Shown here in pieces: positions 9,011-18,013 of a stretch of DNA of 64,000 bases. A program made the translations under genes and the position numbers. Origin of the DNA: Clostridia bacterium. Its GTDB lineage: Bacteria > CBDUZB01 > JAGLHV01. Position 1 is the first letter of the stretch, and each line of letters opens with the position of its first letter. The stretch is from contig DAOVVV010000001.1 in NCBI GenBank assembly GCA_030637025.1, positions 50,139 through 114,138 on the forward strand, written 5' to 3'. Under the pieces are notes generated by a model. It saw only the letters and a list, made by a program, of their open reading frames with translations, ran no database searches and was not told the DNA's origin.

Positions 9011-9757
9011 TTAAATAATTTTTCTTTTATAAGGTTTTAATTTAGCTTTCAGGATAAACAATAAATATTGTAAAATAGTTTTTGTTATTTTCATTTTACT
9101 TTTGCCTTCTTTCAAATCATATCTCAAAACAAGCGGCACTTCACTAATATTAACAGAAATTCGCGACAATTTAATCAAGAGTTCTGCCATACAGATAAAA
9201 CCTTTTTCTTCTATGAGACCCCCCCCCCACAGCCGATATCCTTCCTTAAGCACCCACCCCTTATAAGCTCGGTATCCACAAGTATAATCTTTTACTCCCT
9301 TTAATGGAAATAAAATTTTAAGTACTGTATTTACTGCCTTACTTAAAAAAGAGCGATAGAAGGATAAGCCTATTTCTTTTCCGCCTATTTGATAACGGGA
9401 AGCAATTACTATATCACTGTCATTTTCTAAATATTTTTGCATCGATAATATTAATTGCGGATTATGAGTATTATCTGCATCCAGAGTAACTACAATATCA
9501 CAATCCTTCACAGTATTAATAACATTAAATATTCCTGTTTTTATTGCCTTCCCCAATCCTTCATTATTTTGATGTTGAATAACTTCCAGAGAGATTTTAT
9601 CGGAATATTTTACGGCTAATTCCAAGGTCCTATCGGTACTTCCATCATCAACCAAAACAATCCGGTAATTCTTCCCTTTCATTGTTTTAGCAACAGCTTG
9701 AAATAAGGATGAAAGAGTGGGTGCTTCATTATATGCAGGTAAAATTATAATAACCAT
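9011..9757 (-). CDS. GT2 polyprenol-phosphate glycosyltransferase (GtrB/ArnC/DPM1-like).
   Basis: MVIIILPAYNEAPTL...VLVDDGSTDRT...TLDADNTH are GT2 DXD-type motifs. 248 aa. Confidence 0.8.
   Translation of the reverse strand: MVIIILPAYNEAPTLSSLFQAVAKTMKGKNYRIVLVDDGSTDRTLELAVKYSDKISLEVIQHQNNEGLGKAIKTGIFNVINTVKDCDIVVTLDADNTHNPQLILSMQKYLENDSDIVIASRYQIGGKEIGLSFYRSFLSKAVNTVLKILFPLKGVKDYTCGYRAYKGWVLKEGYRLWGGGLIEEKGFICMAELLIKLSRISVNISEVPLVLRYDLKEGKSKMKITKTILQYLLFILKAKLKPYKRKII
9219..9228 (-). repeat. Homopolymeric G10 tract on the coding strand (C10 on plus) inside the GT2 gene.
   Basis: Plus strand reads gagaCCCCCCCCCCacag. It encodes W-G-G-G (TGG GGG GGG GGT). A 10-nt G/C run is exceptional in a ~30% GC sequence. 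Confidence 0.9.
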
Positions 9758-9803
9758 TTATTTATCGTTTCTAATTAGCAAGGTATTTTTCATATAATCT
9801 TTT

Positions 9804-11999
9804 TTATTTGTTTTTCTGCCCTTTACATTTTTCGTTTATTTTTTTTAGATTATTTTTATACATTTTATTACCAGGATTAAATTCCAGTGCTTTTTCGACC
9901 ATAGATTTCGCTTTTTTATACATTTTTTGCGAAAAATATATCCCTCCGATATTACTATAAGTTGGTGCAAAATCCGGATTAATTTTTAAAGCTTCCTCAT
10001 AAAAAGAAAATGCTTCTTTTAAATCCCCCCGTTTAAAATATTGATACCCCATTGTATTATAAACTAAAGCATAATCAAACTTAATAAGTGCCTTTTCATA
10101 ATTAGAACCAAAATTATGCAAAGTTTCTACTCGTTTTTTTAACTCCAGTATCTTTAAAAATTCTTCTTCTGCTTCTTTGTCTTTATCCAGATTCAAAAAA
10201 GCAATACCTAACCAATAATGCGCTTCTATAAAATTCGGTTCTATATCAACTGCTTCCTGCCAGATAGAAAGAGCCCTTTCGTAATGACCTTCGTTAAAAT
10301 ATAAAGAAGCTAAATGGAAACGAAAAAAGGGTTCTGTCGGATTTAAAAAAATTGCTTTTTTATATTCGCTCAAAGCATTAATTAAGAAATTTTTAGAACT
10401 AATTTCGTAAAAAAAACGCCCCAATCGGTCACGATAGTAAGGATCATGAGGACTAAGTACTACCATTTTTTTATAAGCCCTTAAAATTTCTGCCTGCAAA
10501 TATTTTTCCGGTACTTTTTTTTTGTTATATTTAGATAAAAAAGAATCTCCTAATTTTTTATAATAATCAGCATTTAAGGGATTAAAAAAAATTGCTTTTT
10601 CCCACTTTTTCTTCTGCGCACAGCATTCCCCCAAAAAAACCATTATTATAAAAAACATTAAACAAAAAATTACACTTTGAGTGAACATGAAAATGTTCTT
10701 TTTATACGAAAATCTATAAAAAGAATCACTGCTGAAATTAATTATTGTACTTACAAATAATATTAATAACAACATAATAGCCGGTAAATGCAAATTGAAA
10801 TCCACTAAACTATGACTCAAAATTGCTATGATCCCGCATAAGGCAGCTATAATATACTTTTCGTTTATATTATCTTTTTTATTTAATTTAAAATCAGTTT
10901 TATTTAATAGTTTTATTCCTTCTCTAAAAAACAAATTGACTATCCATAAAAAAATAATTAATGCACCAACTCCTATTTCTGCGACTATTTGTACTATTTC
11001 ATTATGAGCAAAACGTGCATATTTGCCATAACGGGCTAACACACCTATTACCGGGAAATTATGCTGATAGAAACCAAGCTCGAAATTTTCCACTCCCACA
11101 CCTAAGAAAAAATTATCTTTTATTATAGCAATAGCTGACTTCCAAATGTTGGGTCTCTGATAAACATACGGGTCTATATTCCCCATTTTAAATAACCTTA
11201 TTAAAGAGGCTTCCGGAAAAATAATAAACAAAACTAATCCTGCTATTAAAACACTTATAATCCCCCAAATTTTAAATCGTATTCCAAAAACGAATAAACA
11301 AACAACAAAAAGAGAAAATACACCTCCCCGCGAATGAGTAAGAATCAAACAAATAAACATTAAACTAATAGCTATAAGAGAATAAACAACCCAGGAACCC
11401 TTTAATTTTTCAGATTTTGACCTTTCTTTTTTATACTCATCAAAACTCTTAAAAGACAAATCATTAGAAAACAAAAAATGTCTTTGTTTCAGGAATAAAT
11501 TACTCATCCCTATTGCTATCCCTACCACTAAATAACCGGCTAAAAAATTTGGATTAGGAAAAGTTGCTTTAACTATCTGTCCGGTAAAATACTGATATAT
11601 ACCAACAAACGATAATAATAAGCTAACAATTATAATACTTTGATAGAAAATATTAAAAAATTTTACAGACTTTAAAGAAGTGGTATTAATAAAAAGATAA
11701 TAAATTAAAAAATAAGTAATAATTTTAAATAATCCAAGCAAACTATTATGCAAATAAAACGAAAAAAATGTAGAAACGATTACAGTCAGCAACAATAAAA
11801 GCAACGGAAAATCAAGAACTGTCTTTTTAATATTTATTTCTTTGGAAAAATAAAATTGTTTTAACCATAAAATAAATAAAAAGAAAATAAAAACTTGAAC
11901 GAAACTAAAAGACAATATCTCTTTTCCACCATTATGCCATGGCAAAAAAATTAATACTAACCACAAACCCCATCTAATTAATTTATCAGTCTTTGACAC
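9804..11999 (-). CDS. O-antigen-ligase (Wzy_C) family membrane protein with a C-terminal TPR-repeat domain.
   Basis: 731 aa. The Wzy_C core reads LTHSRGGVF...FAHNEIVQIVAEIGVGALIIF. The C-terminal ~250 aa are TPR-like (YYKKLGDSFL..., ALSIWQEAVDIEPNFIEAHYWLGIAF...). GTG start with a GAGGT RBS 10 nt upstream. Confidence 0.75.
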   Translation of the reverse strand: MSKTDKLIRWGLWLVLIFLPWHNGGKEILSFSFVQVFIFFLFILWLKQFYFSKEINIKKTVLDFPLLLLLLTVIVSTFFSFYLHNSLLGLFKIITYFLIYYLFINTTSLKSVKFFNIFYQSIIIVSLLLSFVGIYQYFTGQIVKATFPNPNFLAGYLVVGIAIGMSNLFLKQRHFLFSNDLSFKSFDEYKKERSKSEKLKGSWVVYSLIAISLMFICLILTHSRGGVFSLFVVCLFVFGIRFKIWGIISVLIAGLVLFIIFPEASLIRLFKMGNIDPYVYQRPNIWKSAIAIIKDNFFLGVGVENFELGFYQHNFPVIGVLARYGKYARFAHNEIVQIVAEIGVGALIIFLWIVNLFFREGIKLLNKTDFKLNKKDNINEKYIIAALCGIIAILSHSLVDFNLHLPAIMLLLILFVSTIINFSSDSFYRFSYKKNIFMFTQSVIFCLMFFIIMVFLGECCAQKKKWEKAIFFNPLNADYYKKLGDSFLSKYNKKKVPEKYLQAEILRAYKKMVVLSPHDPYYRDRLGRFFYEISSKNFLINALSEYKKAIFLNPTEPFFRFHLASLYFNEGHYERALSIWQEAVDIEPNFIEAHYWLGIAFLNLDKDKEAEEEFLKILELKKRVETLHNFGSNYEKALIKFDYALVYNTMGYQYFKRGDLKEAFSFYEEALKINPDFAPTYSNIGGIYFSQKMYKKAKSMVEKALEFNPGNKMYKNNLKKINEKCKGQKNK

Positions 12000-12046
12000 T
12001 TTTAATAAACCTCACATCAAAATATAAAAATAATTCAAGACAAAAG

Positions 12047-12340
12047 ACAGTCGATAGTCCATAGACAAAGACAAATAATAAAAAATAAATACGAAAAGGC
12101 AGCTCCATAAATGGAGTAACTACAAACTAAAAACATAAAGGTAAAATGTATTTTGAACAACTTAGCTAATTTTTCGCGTTTGCCCACCTTTTGAGCCTTT
12201 CGGGCGACCAAGGGTCGCCCCTACAATGAGCTATCCGCAATCTTTTAACCAATTAACCAATTAACCAATCTAAACCAATTTAACCGTCTTTATCAACCGT
12301 CTTTATATCTTTTATCTGTTGTCTATGGACTATCGACTGT
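12047..12340. repeat. Repeat-rich intergenic element bounded by a perfect 22-bp inverted repeat; MITE-like or a complex regulatory region.
   Basis: The left arm 12047-12068 (acagtcgatagtccatagacaa) is the exact reverse complement of the right arm 12319-12340. The interior holds a GC hairpin gggcgacc-aag-ggtcgccc (12202-12220), (AACCAATT)x4 at 12247-12285, a 12-bp direct repeat aaccgtctttat x2, and heptad repeats TATGGAC/TATCGAC at the right end. Confidence 0.5.
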
Positions 12341-12367
12341 GGACTATGGACTGTTTTTTATGTGTCT

Positions 12368-12565
12368 TTATTTATATTCCTTTAATAATTGTTCCGTTAA
12401 TGTATATTCTCTTTGCGATTCTTTTTTCATGCCTTGTTTTTTATAATGATCAGCTAAAAACTTATGATATTCGGCTCTATGGAAGTGATAAAATATCGCT
12501 TTTTTTATAGCATCCCGCGTTTTTTCATTTTCCCCCTGCATTTGATACAACCAGGCCAACTGATA
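12368..12565 (-). other. In-frame continuation of the TPR domain beyond the TAG stop; a possible pseudogenised tail, a readthrough segment or a sequencing error.
   Basis: Same reading frame as 12566-14278 and separated from it only by the TAG at 12566-12568. The sequence is TPR-like (AWLYQMQGENEKTRDAIKKAI). Confidence 0.4.
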
Positions 12566-14278
12566 CTAAAAAAAAGCATTACATTTGTCATATCTAATTG
12601 CCGTATTTAATTCAATAATTGCTTCAGCCAATTTCAGCTGTACTTTCTTATCAGGGATTATTAACGACCGGCCGGATTCTTCATCGTTTCTTTGTAATGA
12701 CATTAGTAAACTTTTATCTATTTTTTGCCGGTCACAATTAAGATAACTTTTTGCTAATCCCCAATATGTATATGGCCACAAAGGATTTAGTTCCATAGCT
12801 TTTTTAAACAATATTTCCGCTTCCTTAAATTCTTTATCCTTTAAAGAAGATTCGCCCAAAACATAATATCGTGAAGCTAAAACCGGTTTACCGATTATAA
12901 TCACCAGATTGCCTACAAATACCATTAAAACAATTTTCCACCACCATTTCGAGGCACTTTTTAAACATACCTTCCCATAATTAAAATTATTTTGTAAAGA
13001 ACAGGACAATCCCAATAAAACCCAAAATAAAATAGCATTTGCCGGAAGATATAAATTATAATCGAAAATATTTTGTACTAAAATTGCTGCCAGACTGGAA
13101 AGAATACCAATGTTAAAAAAAATTTCCTGCTTGTTTATCCATTGTGTTTTTATTTGCTGGGGACTATTCAGAACTGATTTATTGTTGTTAATACTATTAT
13201 AATTTAAAATTTGCTTTATCCCTCTTTTAAAAAAAACTATTAACAGATATAAAAAAACAAGCACCCCCATAATTCCTATCTCTGCTGCTATTTGTAAAAA
13301 ATAATTATGAACATATAACGAATTCAAAAATCCTGTTTTATATTTTAAATAAACATTACCAAAACATCCTAATCCTACACCGGTAAAAGGATAATCAAAT
13401 ATCATTTTACACGCTCCCCGCCACCAGTTTAAACGATTAAAAACTATATTCTGATAAATAAATTTATAAATTATCAAATAAGTTAATATACACACTCCCC
13501 CTATTATTGTATACCGGCATTTTTTATCAAAATCTATTTTCAAACCTAAAAACAAAAACAAACCAATACCAAAACTTAATCCTATCCATGCACCTAAAGA
13601 AAAAGTAACTACTAAACAAATAACCATTAACCCTAAAGATATTAAATAACTAATAGCCACTAAATCATTACTAATCAATGATAAGAAGTCTTTCCTGTTT
13701 TTTTTCGGAAATTTTAAAGAAGATAAACTAGAATATAATTCAGGAAATCTATATTTTTTAAAAATTGAAATTAAATTGCTTATCACTAACGGTATTATCA
13801 TTATCAGATATCCGGCAAGAATGTTAGGGTTCATCATCGTTGCCTTCACTGTTTCACCTTTTATAAACTGAATAATTCCTATAGAAGAAATTATTACCCC
13901 TACACTTATAATTAAATTAATTAAATTTTTTACTTGTAGCCACGTATTTTGTGGTTTTAATTCATCTATTATAAATAATATTAAATAAAAAATGATTATA
14001 TAAGAACCCAAATTAAATAATTCATTTCGCGTATTATAAGGATTTTGAGATAAAATAAACGAAAAACAAGCTAAAATAAAATATATAAAAATATAATAAT
14101 CTAAAAATGTCCTTTTAAATACAAGACAATCCTTTTCCCCCTTAAAAAAATAAAACCCTAAACAAAATAAAACCAATAATTGAAAACAAGCAATAGGTAC
14201 TATGTTTCCCCCTATTAAAACAAAAGGAGAAAAAATAATTATGGTACTTATACTCATAAATATTATATTTGAAGCCAC
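12566..14278 (-). CDS. Second O-antigen-ligase (Wzy_C) family membrane protein with a C-terminal TPR domain, truncated by an in-frame TAG.
   Basis: 570 aa, with the Wzy_C core VHNYFLQIAAEIGIMGVLVFLYL. The TPR-like C-terminus ends ...IRYDKCNAFF* at TAG 12566-12568. The same frame continues as YQLAWLYQMQGENEKTRDAIKKAIFYHF... to 12368. Confidence 0.75.
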   Translation of the reverse strand: MASNIIFMSISTIIIFSPFVLIGGNIVPIACFQLLVLFCLGFYFFKGEKDCLVFKRTFLDYYIFIYFILACFSFILSQNPYNTRNELFNLGSYIIIFYLILFIIDELKPQNTWLQVKNLINLIISVGVIISSIGIIQFIKGETVKATMMNPNILAGYLIMIIPLVISNLISIFKKYRFPELYSSLSSLKFPKKNRKDFLSLISNDLVAISYLISLGLMVICLVVTFSLGAWIGLSFGIGLFLFLGLKIDFDKKCRYTIIGGVCILTYLIIYKFIYQNIVFNRLNWWRGACKMIFDYPFTGVGLGCFGNVYLKYKTGFLNSLYVHNYFLQIAAEIGIMGVLVFLYLLIVFFKRGIKQILNYNSINNNKSVLNSPQQIKTQWINKQEIFFNIGILSSLAAILVQNIFDYNLYLPANAILFWVLLGLSCSLQNNFNYGKVCLKSASKWWWKIVLMVFVGNLVIIIGKPVLASRYYVLGESSLKDKEFKEAEILFKKAMELNPLWPYTYWGLAKSYLNCDRQKIDKSLLMSLQRNDEESGRSLIIPDKKVQLKLAEAIIELNTAIRYDKCNAFF

Positions 14279-14340
14279 TTTTTTACACCTGCCATTATAA
14301 AATTAATTTCTTTGTACCTTCTTCACTATATAAACTAAAA

Positions 14341-14395
14341 AAGGCACTCCCTTTTATATAACCTTCCAGGAAAAGTGCCTTTTTGTTTTTTTTTA
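14341..14395. terminator. Bidirectional intrinsic terminator between pilQ and the downstream ligase-like gene.
   Basis: Stem AAGGCACT (14341-14348) pairs with AGTGCCTT (14374-14381) around a 25-nt loop. T-runs follow on both strands (tttttgttttttttt on plus). Confidence 0.5.
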
Positions 14396-14447
14396 TTCTT
14401 TTTTATTCTTTATCCTTTTTTCCGATATACTTTCCTTTTTACTTTTT

Positions 14448-16244
14448 TTATTCATACATAATATGTGGAGTTAAGAAAATTAAAAGTTCATCTCTTTCTT
14501 TATCCCATGTTTTCTTTTTAAATAAATACCCAATCAGAGGAATATCTCCTAAAAAAGGAACTTTAGTATCCTGTGCAATATCTTTATCATCAATTAATCC
14601 GGCAATAACAATAGTTTCACTATCCCTTATTAAAACAGTAGTTTCTACTTCCTGGGTACTAATAACCGGCCCCGCATCTCTCCATTCATCCACGCTACTT
14701 TTTTCCGGTTTTATCTTTAAAGTAATCATTTTATCAATATTAATAGTAGGAGTAACCACTAATCGTGTTCCCACATCAATAAATTCTGTAGTTTGAGTAG
14801 CAACTCCGGAAGCATCAACCCGGGTAGTAACAAAAGGAACTTTCTGACCAATCAATATTCTAGCCTCTTGATTATTTAATGTGGCCACCTTCGGACAAGC
14901 CAATATTTTTGATTTACCTTTATCCTGCATAGCAGAAAGAGCTAAATTTAAAGCCATTTCATTGGCTATTGATCCAAAACTTACTACCCCTCCTCCTAAC
15001 ACAGGAAAAGATACACCTGTCCCAGCACCTGTTGCACCTGTTACCGGTTGTCCTGAAAGATCTACCACTGTTCCGCCCTGAAGAGTAGATTTACCCGGTG
15101 CCATTGCTTCTCCTATTACATCCGTTCTATCAGCATTATCAGTAAAAGTTTTGGTAAAGGACCAATCTACTCCTAAACCTCCCACATCCGATCTCCGGAC
15201 TTTCATAATTTTTGCTTCAATAAGTACCTGTGCCGGTTTTACATCCAAATTTTTTATCAGCATTTCAATATTTTCTAATTCTTCCGGTGTTGCCGTAACA
15301 ATAAGTTTATTCATTCTTGTGTCCGTACCTATAATTGTCTGCGCACCTTTTGCTCTTAACGCGTCTAATTCACCCTTTACATCCCCTGCTACACCATAAT
15401 TTAAAGTAAAAATTTTGGTAAAGGTTACTGCTTTACTTCTTTCCTGTGCTAATATTTCCGGAGTAATAACCCGTAAAATATTTTTACTTACCCGCTTCAT
15501 AACCAACCCTTTTATTTTCAAAATCATCGTTACCGCATCATCAAAAACGACATCATCTAAATGTATAGTTACTCTCCCTTTAACATCATCGCCGTATACT
15601 ATATTTATCCCGCCCTTTACCGCTAAAATTCTTAAAACATCTCTTATGTCTGCATCATTAAAATCAAGAGAAACTATTTGTTTGCTAATAGAAGGAAATA
15701 CCCCTTCTTCTCTTCTTCTTTTAACCGTTTTTTTCTTTTTTATTTTTTTAGTTTTTCTGATTAACAAAGGTTTTTTTACTGTTTCTTTTTTTACTGTTTC
15801 CTTTTTTACTGTCTTTTTATCCTCCCGTGTAAGAATTAAAACAAGTTGATTAGTTACATTATCCATTTCACTTTTATAAGAAACTTTCTCTTTCAAGTCT
15901 AATACTACTCTAGTAATTTTTATTGGTTTGTCTTGATACTGTGCAGAACGGACTCTCTTAATTAAAGCATCCCCAGTCTCTTCTATTTCTTTTTTCGGAA
16001 AATTATGAAGAGTATTAGTCATCTGAATTACTAATTTTAAAGGTTTAGTGATTTTAAAACAATGATATTTTACCGGACCGGTAAGGGCAATAATTACCTT
16101 TGACTCATCAGCGCTAATTGTTTCCACTTCTACATTAGTAAATTGCTGATAAGAAACTTCTTCTTCATTTATTCCCAAAACATTACTCTTAATAAATAGC
16201 CCACATATCATTCCTAAAAAACAAAACCAGACTAATTTTTTCAT
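14448..16244 (-). CDS. pilQ: Type IV pilus secretin PilQ.
   Basis: 598 aa. Secretin C-domain signatures (ILACPKVATLNNQEARILIGQKVPFVTT, VPFLGDIPLIGYLFKKKT) and an N-terminal AMIN-like region. A tandem KKETVKK repeat lies in the linker. Confidence 0.9.
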   Translation of the reverse strand: MKKLVWFCFLGMICGLFIKSNVLGINEEEVSYQQFTNVEVETISADESKVIIALTGPVKYHCFKITKPLKLVIQMTNTLHNFPKKEIEETGDALIKRVRSAQYQDKPIKITRVVLDLKEKVSYKSEMDNVTNQLVLILTREDKKTVKKETVKKETVKKPLLIRKTKKIKKKKTVKRRREEGVFPSISKQIVSLDFNDADIRDVLRILAVKGGINIVYGDDVKGRVTIHLDDVVFDDAVTMILKIKGLVMKRVSKNILRVITPEILAQERSKAVTFTKIFTLNYGVAGDVKGELDALRAKGAQTIIGTDTRMNKLIVTATPEELENIEMLIKNLDVKPAQVLIEAKIMKVRRSDVGGLGVDWSFTKTFTDNADRTDVIGEAMAPGKSTLQGGTVVDLSGQPVTGATGAGTGVSFPVLGGGVVSFGSIANEMALNLALSAMQDKGKSKILACPKVATLNNQEARILIGQKVPFVTTRVDASGVATQTTEFIDVGTRLVVTPTINIDKMITLKIKPEKSSVDEWRDAGPVISTQEVETTVLIRDSETIVIAGLIDDKDIAQDTKVPFLGDIPLIGYLFKKKTWDKERDELLIFLTPHIMYE

Positions 16245-16330
16245 CTATTCTCCTCCCGGGTAATATTCATTTAATTTAATACTTTTTATACTTTTAGGTT
16301 GCTATAATAAATCACTAGTCAGTAGTTATT

Positions 16331-16858
16331 CTATTCTAACACATTCTCTAACTTTAATTCTTTTATTCCTTTATCACTGGTAATCAAAACGACGCTTTTT
16401 TCTTTAACAATAGCCACTACTCCTTTTACCCTCTTTCCCTGTTGATTAATTAATTTTTTATCTTTGACAATATAACTTGCTCCACTAATATCATCAATCA
16501 AAGCCAATCGCTTCCTTTGTTCCTTTATAATACCTCTAAGCGTTAAAGTCGCTAAACTAGCCCCGGTCATTTCAGCTATCCCTTCTGTTGTCATTCCTTT
16601 AACCGTTAGGGACATAAGAGGATTTCGATATCTCCCGCCTTTATATTCATATTTTACCACATGCTTATCTTTTTTTAAATTTTTACTCATATCAATTAGT
16701 ACTTTTTTTTGCGTAATATTTATAGGCAAAGCAGTAACACTCTTTTCCTCTTTTTTACTACATCCCCAAACACAAAAAAATAAAAAACCCGTTATCAAAT
16801 ATAAACATAAAGTATTTTTTATCGTTTTAAAATAACCCTCAATTATTCCTTTTTTCAC
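16331..16858 (-). CDS. pilP: Type IV pilus assembly lipoprotein PilP.
   Basis: 175 aa with a lipoprotein signal (LFFCVWGCS). Its position between pilO and pilQ matches the canonical pilMNOPQ order. Confidence 0.6.
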   Translation of the reverse strand: MKKGIIEGYFKTIKNTLCLYLITGFLFFCVWGCSKKEEKSVTALPINITQKKVLIDMSKNLKKDKHVVKYEYKGGRYRNPLMSLTVKGMTTEGIAEMTGASLATLTLRGIIKEQRKRLALIDDISGASYIVKDKKLINQQGKRVKGVVAIVKEKSVVLITSDKGIKELKLENVLE

Positions 16859-16882
16859 CGTTTTTTTGCTCCTGATCTATTT

Positions 16883-17431
16883 TTAGTTTAGCTTAAAAAC
16901 ATATGTTTCTAACCGAAAAGAAACACTTACATTAGAAGAATCCTCATCTGTTGCCTGTCTCGCCATTACATTTAAATTTTTTATTTTTACAATCCTTTCA
17001 AATTGTCCTAACTCAGCGAGGAATGAACCTAGAGAATGATAATAAGTGCTAATATTCACATAGATGGGAATCTCTACAAAATATGTCTGAACAACTTCTG
17101 GTTGGGGACTAATAGAAAGAAAATTTATTTTATATTTTTGGCCTGTCCGGGTCATTTTTCTTAATAATTCAGAAATTTCTTTTCTTTTCGGCAGTTTTTG
17201 TTCTGCGTCTGAAAGTTCTCTTTTTAGCAAATCAAATTCTAACTTTAATTGTTCTAATTGGCTCGCTCTTTGTTTAACTATTTGTAGCTTACTTTCTTTT
17301 TGAGAAACTTCCTGTTTTAAATTTTTTAGTTTTATTCCCTGTGGTTTTAAAAAACGTGAATTAAAAACATATAATCCACCTATTATTAAAAATCCTATTA
17401 AAATTTTTTGTTGTTTAGTAATTGGTTCCAA
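16883..17431 (-). CDS. pilO: Type IV pilus assembly protein PilO.
   Basis: 182 aa with a single N-terminal transmembrane segment and a coiled coil. It lies between pilN and pilP. Confidence 0.6.
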   Translation of the reverse strand: MEPITKQQKILIGFLIIGGLYVFNSRFLKPQGIKLKNLKQEVSQKESKLQIVKQRASQLEQLKLEFDLLKRELSDAEQKLPKRKEISELLRKMTRTGQKYKINFLSISPQPEVVQTYFVEIPIYVNISTYYHSLGSFLAELGQFERIVKIKNLNVMARQATDEDSSNVSVSFRLETYVFKLN

Positions 17432-17449
17432 AGGTTAACTCCTTACTCC

Positions 17450-18013
17450 TCAATATTTATAAACACCGGAAAGAGTAAAATTAAAAGACTTAGTTTCCTC
17501 TGTCTTCGTGGACTGAATAGTTCCTAAACTTATTTCTCCGATATGCCCACTAAACCTTTCATCTTTTTCAAACATATCCATCGCATCAGCAATACCAAAA
17601 TTGGTAAAAGAAACTCCATTTATATTCATTGTCATTGATCCTGTATCGCTCACAGTAGCTAAATTAGTTATCCACACATTTTTAGGCAATTTACTACTTA
17701 AACTTTCCATAAATTTAGGATAAACTAATCTGTTTTTCATTAAGGAAGTAATTACTCCTAATTTTTTGTTTAATACTTCCCTTTGTCTTTCCAATGCTTC
17801 TACCTGAGTCACTGTTGATTGAAGATTATCCAACTCTTGTTGAATTTTATTTTTTGTTGCTGTAAGTTTTCGAACTTTAAGCAAACGCATTCCATAAAAA
17901 CTTCCCACTGCTAATAAGAGCACCCCTATGCCTATCACCACCAAAATATCTTTCGAGTCTGTTTCTTTCTTTTTTGATACAATTTCGTGGGGAAGAAGAT
18001 TTATTTTTATCAC
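17450..18013 (-). CDS. pilN: Type IV pilus assembly protein PilN.
   Basis: MIKINLLPHE N-terminal motif, one transmembrane segment, a coiled coil. Overlaps the pilM stop by 4 nt. Confidence 0.7.
   Translation of the reverse strand: MIKINLLPHEIVSKKKETDSKDILVVIGIGVLLLAVGSFYGMRLLKVRKLTATKNKIQQELDNLQSTVTQVEALERQREVLNKKLGVITSLMKNRLVYPKFMESLSSKLPKNVWITNLATVSDTGSMTMNINGVSFTNFGIADAMDMFEKDERFSGHIGEISLGTIQSTKTEETKSFNFTLSGVYKY

Noticed and set aside
12202-12220. GC hairpin GGGCGACC-aag-GGTCGCCC read as an intrinsic terminator.
   Set aside because: It is not followed by a U-tract on either strand. The second copy at 25532-25550 carries an uncompensated mismatch. It is treated as part of the repeat element rather than as a terminator.
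14383-14796. Plus-strand ORFs at 14383-14796, 14881-15849, 19103-19639 and similar, lying inside pilQ and pilD.
   Set aside because: They are antisense shadows of strongly supported pilus genes. The proteins are S/T/F-rich and have no domains.
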